Virus record (IMG/VR): IMGVR_UViG_3300031753_000002
Coordinates: 22,785 to 86,784 of that record
DNA length: 64,000 nucleotides
Reading direction: 5' to 3' (one strand)
Origin: a virus
Made by a program: the position numbers and the translations under genes. The notes below the pieces were generated by a model. It had not been told where the DNA came from. It searched no databases and saw only the letters and a program-made list of their open reading frames with translations. Positions 18,109-27,242 of this stretch are shown in pieces; within the stretch, counting starts at the first letter, position 1, and each line of letters starts with the position of its first letter.

Positions 18109-18304
18109 GACGCGTCTTATCTTTGCCGCTAACCCTGATAAGGGAAACGTTATCATGCGAAAAGCTCCGCCCCGCCCGGCAACCCCTCAACCTCAAACCC
18201 AAGCGGGTCAAGCTGCGGGCGCGGGCAAGCTAAACCTCGCGAACGCGAGCGCGGCCGGGACAACGGCCGGCTACGCGCTATCGTGAGAGGATGAGAGGCG
18301 TTAG

Positions 18305-18607
18305 ATGAGCAAAAATAAATCGGCATTGCAAACGGCTTCATCTCCGACTCGTATGACTTTAGCTAACGCCTCAGCGGCGTCAACTACCGCTGGGGCACCG
18401 ACTCCATTAAGTATGGGACCACAAGGCGGCCCCGCACTTAGTGTCGGACCGCAGACAAGCCCGAGCCCAAAAGGTTCGAATCAACCACTGCCCGCTTCAG
18501 CGCCACGGCCGCCCGTCGCGCCGCATGGCGGCACCAAGTCTCTCGGGACGCACCAATCCGCCTCGCCGAACAAGAAGGGCAATCCGGTACACGGTATGTC
18601 AAAATAA
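18305..18607 (+). CDS. Pro/Ser-rich hypothetical protein
   Basis: GAGG SD. Confidence 0.55.
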   Translation: MSKNKSALQTASSPTRMTLANASAASTTAGAPTPLSMGPQGGPALSVGPQTSPSPKGSNQPLPASAPRPPVAPHGGTKSLGTHQSASPNKKGNPVHGMSK

Positions 18608-18663
18608 GGCGCGCATGGGCGCGCACGTCGGCATGGGCCGGCGCAGAAGATTAGGAGGCTGAC

Positions 18664-19398
18664 ATGGGTCAGAACCGGCAAGCCAAATATAGACCCGGCT
18701 TTGATAAAAGTTCGCATGGGCACGTTCGATCTTCGCAGGCTATCATCGGAGTTGACGCCCGCGGTCGGCCAGTAATTCAGAAGCGTCCCGGCGCCCCCAC
18801 CAAGTACACCCCCGAACTATGTCAACGTATTCTAACCGCTATTGAGCGATGGGCAAACGTGACGCATGCGTGCGCCATGAACGGCATCATATATCCGACG
18901 TTTCGGCATTGGCTCCTAAAAAGTAGGAACGGTCGGGTCGGCGACGGATTCGATGTAGAGTTCGATGGCCGCGTTGATAGGCTCCACGTTCATTATGACG
19001 ATTGCCTGGACGCGTCAGTGCAGCGAATCGAAGAAAATCTCATGGATCGTGCAATCGGCTGGAAAGAGGTCCTGACGGATAAGGGCCGTGTGCAATACCA
19101 GTTCGATGAAGACTTGCTTAGTCTCGGGTTCACGGGATACGAGGCGTATCTCCGCGATGAAAACGGCAAACCTATTCCCGAGACTGTGGACAAGCAGGAC
19201 CCCGAGGTCATGCTCATGGTTTTGAAACATTTCCGTCCTGAGCGCTGGACGACGAAGATCGATATGGATGTGACGCACAAGGGCGGCGTCCTTGTAGTCG
19301 GTGTGAAGGCAACATCCGAAGAACTGACTGACCTCGCCAAGAAGGCGCGTGACAACCCGGTTGAGATCGAGTTTCGTGAAGACGGGGAGGACGTGTGA
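18664..19398 (+). CDS. terS: terminase small subunit
   Basis: PGAPTKYTPELCQRIL HTH, IEENLMDRAIG motif; immediately upstream of TerL. Confidence 0.8.
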   Translation: MGQNRQAKYRPGFDKSSHGHVRSSQAIIGVDARGRPVIQKRPGAPTKYTPELCQRILTAIERWANVTHACAMNGIIYPTFRHWLLKSRNGRVGDGFDVEFDGRVDRLHVHYDDCLDASVQRIEENLMDRAIGWKEVLTDKGRVQYQFDEDLLSLGFTGYEAYLRDENGKPIPETVDKQDPEVMLMVLKHFRPERWTTKIDMDVTHKGGVLVVGVKATSEELTDLAKKARDNPVEIEFREDGEDV

Positions 19399-20945
19399 TG
19401 CACACCATCCACGCCTTTCGCAAAGTCGGGAATGAATACATCCCGCTGGTCTATGACGATCATGGCAAGGAAATCGAAGCTGTGTGGGCGCCGCAGCCCG
19501 GTTCGCAAGAGCTATTTCTCAAGGCGTCTGAAATCGAGGTTCTGTACGAAGGAACACGCGGTCCCGGCAAGACCGACGCTCTGATTATGGATTTTTGTCA
19601 GGACGTGGGCAAGGGCTGGGGCGCGGAATGGAAGGGCGTGCTGTTTCGGCAAACGCATCCACAGTTGAGAGACGTGATCGAGAAATCAAAAAAGTGGATC
19701 AAACGTATCTGGCCCGGCGCTTTCTACAACGAGATCAAATTCTTCTGGGAGTGGGAATCGGGCGAACGCTTGTATTTTTCACATTTCAACGTTCCGTCGC
19801 AGTATTCCGACTATCACGGCCATGCGTACCCGTGGATCGGCTGGGAGGAATTGACAACGTGGCCGAACCCAGACTGCTTCAAAGTCATGTTCGCATGCTC
19901 GCGCTCGACGATAGCAAAGATGCCGAGAAAAGTCCGGGCGACAACGAATCCCTACGGAGTCGGGCATAATTGGGTAAAGTCACGCTACCGACTGCCTGTG
20001 CCGCCGGGCGATATCGTTGGGCCGGTCATTGCTGATAGCATTGACGATCAAGGAAACCCGGAGCCGCCGCGCCGCGCAGTTCACGGCTACCTCGACGAAA
20101 ATAAAATTCTTGCGCATACGGACCCCGGCTACAAAAGTCGGATTCGGGCTGCGGCTCGAAACGAGAGCGAGCTTCGGGCGTGGCTCGACGGATCGTGGGA
20201 TATCGTCGCAGGCGGCATGTTCGACGATATTTGGTATGAATACAGGCACGCAATCGTGGTGCAGCCTTTCGAGGTTCCGCCGGGATGGAAGATCACGCGG
20301 GCGTACGATCACGGGTCTTCGAAGCCGTTTAGCGTCGGCTGGTATGCTGAGAGCGACGGCACTGATTTGGCATTCCCGGATGGTACTGTGCGCGCCACAC
20401 TCCGCGGCGATATCTTTCGGATCAAAGAGTGGTACGGCTGGCGCGGGCAACCGAACGAAGGCTCACGCATGTTGGTCCCCGATATCGCCAAGGGTATCGT
20501 CGAGCGGGAAATCAAGTGGGAATGGCGGGCGCCTGATGGTTCATCCAATCGTGTCAAGCGTGGCCCCGCCGACAGTTCGATCTTCGACGATTCGAACGGC
20601 ATCAGCATCGCCGAAGATTTCGAGAAGCCGATCATGTTCAACGGCGTGAAGCACAAGGGCATCGTGTGGGAGAAAGCCGACAAGGGACACGGGTCGCGCG
20701 AACAAGGATGGGAGCAAATCCGAAAGAGGCTCAAGGCCACGAAGCGTCCGCCGGGCGGCTATCGCGAGGTTCCTGGCCTATTCATTACGAAGGATTGCGT
20801 CCATTGGCTTCGCACGGTTCCTACTCTGCCGCGTGATGAAAAGAAGATCGATGATGTTAATGATGAAGCCGAGGATCACACTGGCGACGAAACCCGATAT
20901 CGATTGCGTTTTGAAAGTCGCACCGTGACAAGTAGGAGGGCATAA
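19395..20945 (+). CDS. terL: terminase large subunit
   Basis: Walker A YEGTRGPGKT, Walker B WEELT, ATTNPYGVGHNW, nuclease motifs AYDHG and EDHTGDETRY. Confidence 0.95.
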   Translation: MMHTIHAFRKVGNEYIPLVYDDHGKEIEAVWAPQPGSQELFLKASEIEVLYEGTRGPGKTDALIMDFCQDVGKGWGAEWKGVLFRQTHPQLRDVIEKSKKWIKRIWPGAFYNEIKFFWEWESGERLYFSHFNVPSQYSDYHGHAYPWIGWEELTTWPNPDCFKVMFACSRSTIAKMPRKVRATTNPYGVGHNWVKSRYRLPVPPGDIVGPVIADSIDDQGNPEPPRRAVHGYLDENKILAHTDPGYKSRIRAAARNESELRAWLDGSWDIVAGGMFDDIWYEYRHAIVVQPFEVPPGWKITRAYDHGSSKPFSVGWYAESDGTDLAFPDGTVRATLRGDIFRIKEWYGWRGQPNEGSRMLVPDIAKGIVEREIKWEWRAPDGSSNRVKRGPADSSIFDDSNGISIAEDFEKPIMFNGVKHKGIVWEKADKGHGSREQGWEQIRKRLKATKRPPGGYREVPGLFITKDCVHWLRTVPTLPRDEKKIDDVNDEAEDHTGDETRYRLRFESRTVTSRRA

Positions 20946-21100
20946 TGGCTGCGTTGTTAGGTTCTGTAGCTCTTACGGGCGCGGAAAAGAGTGCTCGATA
21001 TGATGTTAAGCATCGTATCGAACGCGCCGAAGACGGCACCGCCGAAGAACATGAAGCGATTGCCGCATGGATGAAAGGGTACTCTCATGGCTCTCGATGA
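20945..21100 (+). pseudogene. probable internally deleted HNH endonuclease remnant
   Basis: LTGAEKSARY... joined directly to EDGTAEEHEAIAAWM (HNH C-terminal-like); no catalytic core. Confidence 0.45.
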
Positions 21101-22730
21101 TCGTCATCCTGAATATGTGCAAAGACTCGGAGAGTGGATACAATGCCGAGATTGCTACGCTGGGGAGCGAGCAATCAAGCGTAAGCGCTTAGATTATCTT
21201 CCTCCAAGTGAGGCGATGGTGCAAGACGGAATGACTACACCAACATCCCCAGGCTGGAAAGACTATGAAGCATATCTGACCAGAGCTTACTTTCATGACG
21301 TTATGCGAGATGCTGTGAAAGCAATGGTTGGAATTATGCATATGAAACCCGCCGTCATCAAACTGCCGCCGAAGCTTGCCCCAATGGTGGACAAGGCTAC
21401 GATCCAAGGCGAGGGCCTGCAAATGCTCATGCGCCGAATCAATGAGGCGCAGCTTGTGTTCGGCCGCTGCGGCTTGCTTGTTGATGCGCCAACCGGAGTG
21501 GACCCCTACAAGGCGCTTCCCTACATCGCGTTTTACGAACCCGAGCGCATCATCAATTGGGATGCCGGCCGACGCGACGAAGGCCGCAATTTGCTTGAAC
21601 TTGTCGTGCTCGACGAAAGTGGGTTTCAGCGCGAGGGCTTCACATGGGTCAACGAGCGCAAACATCGCGTCCTGACGCGCGGCATTCCTGGTTCTCTCGA
21701 AAGTGGATGGACCCGCCCAGAACCTACCGACAAGTTCGCATTGTGCGTCAAAGTCAACGATATGTCGATGCCGATTCCCGACGATTTCATCGTGCCATCG
21801 ATAGGCGGCCGGCCGATGGATGAAATCCCATTCGTCTTCATCGGCGCGACCGATCTTGTGCCTGAGCCGGACCTGCCGCCCTTGCTTGGACTCAGCAATC
21901 TCGCGCTTGCGATCTACCGCGGCGAAGCCGATTATCGGCAGACGCTTTTCATGCAAGGACAGAGCACTCTCGTTATCATCGGCGGCGCCGCCGACGATGA
22001 CGACAAGCAGCTTCGCGTCGGCGCGAAGGGCCTCATTTCCCTCCGCATCGGGGGCGACGCCAAATACATCGGCGTCCCTGCCGCTGGCCTCGGTGAAATG
22101 CGGACCTCGCTCAAGACTGATCAAGAGAACGCAGCTATGATGGGCGTTGCATTCATGGACGTGGGCAACGCTCGTGGCGAGTCAGGCGAGGCGCTGCGTA
22201 TCCGCGTCGCTGCACGCACGACAACGATTTCCGCCATCGCTCAAGCGGCTGGCGCCGGTTTGGAGCAAGTTCTCAAGCTGTGCGCCATATGGGTCGGCGA
22301 AGACCCGGACACCGTGAGCGTGACGCCGCAGACCGATTTCGCGGACCAGAACGTCGCGGGTGCGAGCCTGTTGGCCTTCATGCAAGCGAAGCAACTCGGC
22401 TTGCCGCTCAGTCTCAAGAGCTTGCATCGCATGATGCATCTCAACGACATGACTGAGATGGATTTCGACACCGAGAACCAACAGATCGAAGAAGAAGCCG
22501 AGAGCTTGATCGGCACAATGGTTCACGGCGCCGCGTTCGGCGTGACCGACGAAACCTTCCTCGATACCCAACAGGGAAGCGGAGCGGACCCGGTAGACCC
22601 CGAAGATGCTGCCGCGACCATTCCGCCTATCCCGCCGAATCAAAACGTTCCGATCAAGCCGCACACACGCGGCTCGCCCGTTCCGCTCAAACGCAAGGTA
22701 GGCAAGAAGGGCGCGTCCAATGGTAAATGA
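21087..22730 (+). CDS. portal protein (DUF4055-type)
   Basis: HPEY...YL.RA.F, GRCGLLVD, IINW, IPFVFIG, PPLLGL, ESGEAL motifs; position after TerL. Confidence 0.92.
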   Translation: MALDDRHPEYVQRLGEWIQCRDCYAGERAIKRKRLDYLPPSEAMVQDGMTTPTSPGWKDYEAYLTRAYFHDVMRDAVKAMVGIMHMKPAVIKLPPKLAPMVDKATIQGEGLQMLMRRINEAQLVFGRCGLLVDAPTGVDPYKALPYIAFYEPERIINWDAGRRDEGRNLLELVVLDESGFQREGFTWVNERKHRVLTRGIPGSLESGWTRPEPTDKFALCVKVNDMSMPIPDDFIVPSIGGRPMDEIPFVFIGATDLVPEPDLPPLLGLSNLALAIYRGEADYRQTLFMQGQSTLVIIGGAADDDDKQLRVGAKGLISLRIGGDAKYIGVPAAGLGEMRTSLKTDQENAAMMGVAFMDVGNARGESGEALRIRVAARTTTISAIAQAAGAGLEQVLKLCAIWVGEDPDTVSVTPQTDFADQNVAGASLLAFMQAKQLGLPLSLKSLHRMMHLNDMTEMDFDTENQQIEEEAESLIGTMVHGAAFGVTDETFLDTQQGSGADPVDPEDAAATIPPIPPNQNVPIKPHTRGSPVPLKRKVGKKGASNGK

Positions 22731-22962
22731 GCGAGCGCGTCGGGTCTCGGTTTGGAATGCAGTCATCGCCATCATTGACCAAACCGAGCTTGAAATGCGC
22801 GATATCATAGAGCGAGAGTTCGTCAACACCGCGGGCCTGGACGGGCTTCGGCTCGGCGAGGCCATGACGGCAGCGAACCGCGCCATGAAGCAAATCACGC
22901 CGTTGCGCGTTCGGGCAATCAAGCGCGCGTTCCGATTGATCCGTGACAAGGGCATGGCATGA
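22720..22962 (+). CDS. small helical protein, possible N-terminal fragment of a MuF-like head protein
   Basis: Sits at the MuF position after the portal; amphipathic helices. Confidence 0.5.
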   Translation: MVNERARRVSVWNAVIAIIDQTELEMRDIIEREFVNTAGLDGLRLGEAMTAANRAMKQITPLRVRAIKRAFRLIRDKGMA

Positions 22963-23843
22963 CCTTCGACCCGAACGAAGCACGTGACTATCACGGCCGC
23001 TGGACGGCTGGGAGCGGGAGCGTGGCGGAAGCACAGGCGCAGGCCATGAAGATTGCCGGCGGGCGCCAGCCGCTCGCCGGACTGCTGCAGAAGCCTATCA
23101 AGCTCGGCGACGAATGGTATGTGCCCGGCCCGAACGCGCGTATCGCCGACGCGGCTGAAGCGTACATGAAGGCCGCGGGCCTGCCGTATGATCCGCCAAA
23201 GACTTACCAGAAGGTTGACTCCGAGCGCGCCACGAAGATCGCGCAAGCCTTTGAAGACATGAAGCATGATCCGAACGACCCGGCCGTCAAGGCATCTTAT
23301 GAAGCGATGGCGCGTGAAACCCTCGCCCAATGGCAGGCGCTCAAGGCGACTGGCCTTCAAGTCGAGTGGATCAAGCCCGGCCAGCCGGACCCCTATGCAG
23401 ACAGTCCACGTCGCGCCGCGATGGATATGAGTCTGCATAATCATTGGTGGGGCTTTCCGACCGACATGGGCTTTGGCACTGGACCCGAAGCCGAGAAGGC
23501 CATGAAGGATAACCCGTTACTCGCGCCGACCAATGAGGTTGTAGGTGGGCGCCACTTGGTCGTCAACGATGTGTTCCGAATCGTGCATGACCAGTTCGGG
23601 CATTTCAAAGAGGGCAATGGCTTCCGGGCGGACGGCGAGGAAAACGCGTGGCGCTCGCACGTGGCGATGTATTCGCCGCTTGCCCGCGGCGCGATGACCT
23701 CCGAAACTCGGGGGCAAAATTCGTGGGTAAATTTTGGGCCGTATGGGGCGGCGAACAAGCACGCGAGCGCGGCCGATACTCACTACGCCGATCAAAAGGT
23801 CGGTCTCATGCCGGAATGGACCCGGACTGAGGGTGCGAAATGA
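22959..23843 (+). CDS. RDxHGRWT-leader protein with an HDxxGH...E metal-binding domain
   Basis: N-terminus FDPNEARDYHGRWT; NDVFRIVHDQFGH...GEENAW...ETRGQNSW. Confidence 0.8.
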   Translation: MTFDPNEARDYHGRWTAGSGSVAEAQAQAMKIAGGRQPLAGLLQKPIKLGDEWYVPGPNARIADAAEAYMKAAGLPYDPPKTYQKVDSERATKIAQAFEDMKHDPNDPAVKASYEAMARETLAQWQALKATGLQVEWIKPGQPDPYADSPRRAAMDMSLHNHWWGFPTDMGFGTGPEAEKAMKDNPLLAPTNEVVGGRHLVVNDVFRIVHDQFGHFKEGNGFRADGEENAWRSHVAMYSPLARGAMTSETRGQNSWVNFGPYGAANKHASAADTHYADQKVGLMPEWTRTEGAK

Positions 23844-24757
23844 ATGATGTGACAACCGAACCGCGTGACGAACACGGTCGCTGGACCTCTGGCAGCGGGA
23901 GTACCAAGCCGAGCGACAAGCTTTGGGCGACGCTTCACGGCGATCCTAATGGGCCGTTCGTGAGTCTCGCAGACCCGGAGAGTAACGCCGCGCATGCGAG
24001 AGCCATTTCTGACATTGCCGGGAGTGTCGCCAAAGAGCTTGGGTTCAATCCATCTAAGATCAACATCACGGATGGCGAGCATAAGTTCACAGTCAACGGG
24101 AAAGACATGACGGCGGCGGGCCTCGCGCATCGGGAAACAGGATTGATAACGCTCTACACGAAGCAGCTTACCGAGTCCTTCACTCCTGGCGCCACGGCGC
24201 ACGAAATCATGCATCAAAAATGGAACGCATACCTCGAAGATTATCGAGCGGAGGCGGCCAAAGTCATGACGGACCCGGATGGTGCAAACTCACCGTACCG
24301 CGGGCCAGATGCCTTCATGAAGGCTGACGGAACCCTTGGCGAAAAGTACGCCGCTCGGTATCCGATCTATCAAGAATACACGAAGCTCATGATGAATTCG
24401 GAGAAGATGCGCGCCGAGGATGGGGTATCCGATTACAGCCGGGAATATTGGAATGCCGTCAACAGCGGCGAAGCTAACCGTGTCAAGGGCACGTACATCA
24501 ACTCGCAAGGCAATGTGCAAGAATACACGACAAGCCGCATCACTCTCGACCAGTGCTACCATGAGACGCTCGCAGAGATGGCGAGGCTCGACTATGAGAA
24601 TAAGAAGGCCAAGGAAAAGGGCAGCGCGATCTTCAATCCAGTTGCCCCGCCGGCCCGGCTGAAAAGCGGCAAGGCTTCGACGGCTCGGAGGTCGAAGGAT
24701 TGGGAGGCTTTGTACGAAGCGATCAACCGCAACTGGGATAAGCGGAGCAAAGCATGA
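23840..24757 (+). CDS. RDxHGRWT-leader zincin-like metallopeptidase
   Basis: N-terminus EPRDEHGRWT; AHEIMH, VSDYS and ETLAE motifs. Confidence 0.8.
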   Translation: MNDVTTEPRDEHGRWTSGSGSTKPSDKLWATLHGDPNGPFVSLADPESNAAHARAISDIAGSVAKELGFNPSKINITDGEHKFTVNGKDMTAAGLAHRETGLITLYTKQLTESFTPGATAHEIMHQKWNAYLEDYRAEAAKVMTDPDGANSPYRGPDAFMKADGTLGEKYAARYPIYQEYTKLMMNSEKMRAEDGVSDYSREYWNAVNSGEANRVKGTYINSQGNVQEYTTSRITLDQCYHETLAEMARLDYENKKAKEKGSAIFNPVAPPARLKSGKASTARRSKDWEALYEAINRNWDKRSKA

Positions 24758-25236
24758 TCGAGCGACAGACCATCAACGGTCGCCCCGCGACCGTCGCCTA
24801 CATGACAGCCGATTTCGTGCCGGCCGACAAAGACACCGCGCCGTATGCGAAAGTGCTGTTCGATGACGGTGAGATGCTATTGCTCGCGAGCGGGAACGCT
24901 GATGACGGCGCCGAGGAAGCCGCCGCGTGGAATCGGCACCGCATGCAACAACAGAAGCCATATGGGCAGCCGCCGCGAAAAACCTTGCTGGGGTACAGCC
25001 TTGCGAGATGGGCAGCTTTTTTCGCCAAGACCGACATAGCCCGGATTGACAACGCGATCAAAACAGGACTTATCGCTGGCCTAGACAACACTGAAATCGC
25101 CCGCCGCGTCATTGGCAGTATCGGACTACGCGGTATTGATGGCGTAACGGAGGTTACTAGGCGCCGCATAGCTGAATTAGGGCGTCTTGCTCTCAAAGAA
25201 CGTAAAGGACGTGGAGTGCCTTATGTCACTAAATGA
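24754..25236 (+). CDS. protein with a MuF-like central segment
   Basis: RIDNAIKTGLIAGLDNTEIARRVIG...DGVTEVTRR resembles the middle of SPP1 gp7/MuF proteins; the MuF Cys/His C-terminus is absent. Confidence 0.55.
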   Translation: MIERQTINGRPATVAYMTADFVPADKDTAPYAKVLFDDGEMLLLASGNADDGAEEAAAWNRHRMQQQKPYGQPPRKTLLGYSLARWAAFFAKTDIARIDNAIKTGLIAGLDNTEIARRVIGSIGLRGIDGVTEVTRRRIAELGRLALKERKGRGVPYVTK

Positions 25237-25470
25237 TCTAGCCGCTAGACGAAATTATAACCGGGCATATCGAGCAGTCCATCGTGAGCAAATCAATGCT
25301 CAGGGCCGGTCGCATCGCGCGGCTAATCGTGAGCAAATAAATGCTCGGGCACGAATCAACTTAAAAGAGATGGGACCTTAGCAGAGTTTCAAGCTATCGT
25401 TCGCTACATCACCCGGCAGCAAATTGCCCACATCGGCCGAATTGCCCTCAAGTCTCGGAGAAAATCATGA
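25223..25470 (+). pseudogene. decayed HNH endonuclease insertion plus displaced gene 3' end
   Basis: REQINA repeats, then in another frame KRDGTLAEFQAIVRYI, then TRQQIAHIGRIALK duplicating the end of 24754..25236. Confidence 0.55.
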
Positions 25471-25892
25471 GCGGGAACCAAATTGGCTTATTGGTAAGCG
25501 TTGCAGTTGTCATTGGCATCCTTGCGTTCTCGCATGACGGCTTGCGACCCGCATCGGCGCCTGTCGAGCTTCCCGAAATCGTGGTTGATCCCGAGGTCAC
25601 TCCGCTGCCTACGCCAGCGCCCATGCCCGAAGCGGTCTCGCCCGAGAGTGTTGTCGGGCCCCTGCCCGTACCGGCACCCGGCGCACCGAAAAAGATAGGT
25701 CCGAAAGTCGTCCCGGTCGTGCCGCCGGTCTACCACAAAGTCCTGCCCGGCGGGAAGATCGGGCCGAAGATTGATTGTGCGCGAGTCCCAGCGGTTGCGT
25801 GGCTTTATCCGCAGGCCGCTGTCGAGCAATATGCGCGTTCCTACGGGCTGACGGAATCACAGATTCGGCAACTACGCGTTTGCCTGAATTGA
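25467..25892 (+). CDS. membrane-anchored Pro-rich protein
   Basis: GGAG SD; N-terminal TM helix, Pro linker, two Cys. Confidence 0.7.
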   Translation: MSGNQIGLLVSVAVVIGILAFSHDGLRPASAPVELPEIVVDPEVTPLPTPAPMPEAVSPESVVGPLPVPAPGAPKKIGPKVVPVVPPVYHKVLPGGKIGPKIDCARVPAVAWLYPQAAVEQYARSYGLTESQIRQLRVCLN

Positions 25893-25950
25893 AAGGCGGC
25901 ATGGGCCGCGCTCGGTAGCATGTGCTCCCGAGAAACTGACGGAGAGTACA

Positions 25951-26808
25951 ATGCCTAAGCTCAAGACCATCTATGAGAAAGAGGAAGACGTTCCCGAAGG
26001 TTTCGGCGAGTTGTACGTCGAGCGCAACGGGAAATGGGAGTTGACCGGAGTCGAAGGCGTGAAGACGCAGGCTGATATCGACCGGGTGAATGAAGCCCTC
26101 CGCAAGGAAAAGGCCGACCACAAAGCGCTCAAGGAAAAACACGTCAAAGTAGCTGATCTTGACCCCGAAAAGGTCGCTGAACAGGCTGCCGAACTTGAAG
26201 CTGCGCAAGCACAGCTTGCCGCATTCACGAAGGATGGCAATCTTGACGAAACGAAACTTGAGCCGATCATTGAGGCGCGAATCAAGCGCGCCCTCGGGCC
26301 GATCGAGCGCGACAAGGCCGCGCTTGAACGCAAGCTCGCCGATGAAGCCAAGGCTAAGGAACTGGCACTCGGCGAGGTCGTGTCCCTGAAAACTAGCATC
26401 ACGCAGCGCACGATCGAGAACGCGCTTCGCGATGCCGCAACCGCCGGCAAGGTCCTGATCACCGCGGTTGACGATGCCGTATCCATCGGTTCCCGGTATT
26501 TCGAGACAACCGAAGACGGCCGCGTGTTGACTCGTGACAACATGGGAATCACGCCGGGCTTGAAACCGACCGAGTGGCTCAAGGACATGCAAGAGCACAA
26601 GCCGCATTGGTGGCCTGCTTCTCAGGGCGGTGGTTCGCGCGGCGGTTCTGGCGGCACTGGCGGCCGGGCCGACAATCCGTGGATGCCTGAGAATTGGAAC
26701 GTCACCAAGCAGGGCGCCTATATCCAGCAACACGGCATTGAGAAAGCCGCGCAAGCGGCTGCGACCGCTGGCAGTAAGGTTGGCGCCACTAAGCCGAAAG
26801 CTGCGTAA
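25951..26808 (+). CDS. capsid scaffolding protein
   Basis: Coiled coil, PHWWPASQGGGS, C-terminal NPW...WNVTKQG; upstream of the major capsid gene. Confidence 0.88.
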   Translation: MPKLKTIYEKEEDVPEGFGELYVERNGKWELTGVEGVKTQADIDRVNEALRKEKADHKALKEKHVKVADLDPEKVAEQAAELEAAQAQLAAFTKDGNLDETKLEPIIEARIKRALGPIERDKAALERKLADEAKAKELALGEVVSLKTSITQRTIENALRDAATAGKVLITAVDDAVSIGSRYFETTEDGRVLTRDNMGITPGLKPTEWLKDMQEHKPHWWPASQGGGSRGGSGGTGGRADNPWMPENWNVTKQGAYIQQHGIEKAAQAAATAGSKVGATKPKAA

Positions 26809-26869
26809 ACCGCCTAAGGACCTTCGCGTGCCCTTAAAAGTACGCGAAGGTTGTCATTCAGGGATGTAA

Positions 26870-27235
26870 GTGATGATTAACCCGTGGGCGGCCGATACTT
26901 GGAATCTCACCAAACAAGGCAGCATTGTCAGCAATTTCGGTTTTGCTGCGGCTGAGAAAATGGCGAGAGAGGCGGGCACGACAGTCGGCGGCTTGAAGCC
27001 TAAGATCGCGCCCGCAAAGCTCACGGTTCTAATTCAGCGGAGATTTTTGGGCGCAAGTGGGGGCAGCGGGACCGGAGCGACTGGCGCAACGGGCGCAACG
27101 GGCGCCACGGGGGCAAGTACAAATTGGCTTGAGGGACACGGGGTTCCTAGTGATTCGATCGGAAATAATGGTGATTTGTATCTTGACCTCGACACGGGAA
27201 ACGTCTACCAGAAGGCAGGTGGAACGTGGTTCTGA
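26870..27235 (+). CDS. scaffold C-terminal domain copy fused to GAT repeats and a GDxYLD module
   Basis: NPWAADTWNLTKQG...AG..VG..KPK matches the scaffold tail; C-terminus matches 32091..32369. Confidence 0.8.
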   Translation: MMINPWAADTWNLTKQGSIVSNFGFAAAEKMAREAGTTVGGLKPKIAPAKLTVLIQRRFLGASGGSGTGATGATGATGATGASTNWLEGHGVPSDSIGNNGDLYLDLDTGNVYQKAGGTWF

Positions 27236-27242
27236 GGTCCTC

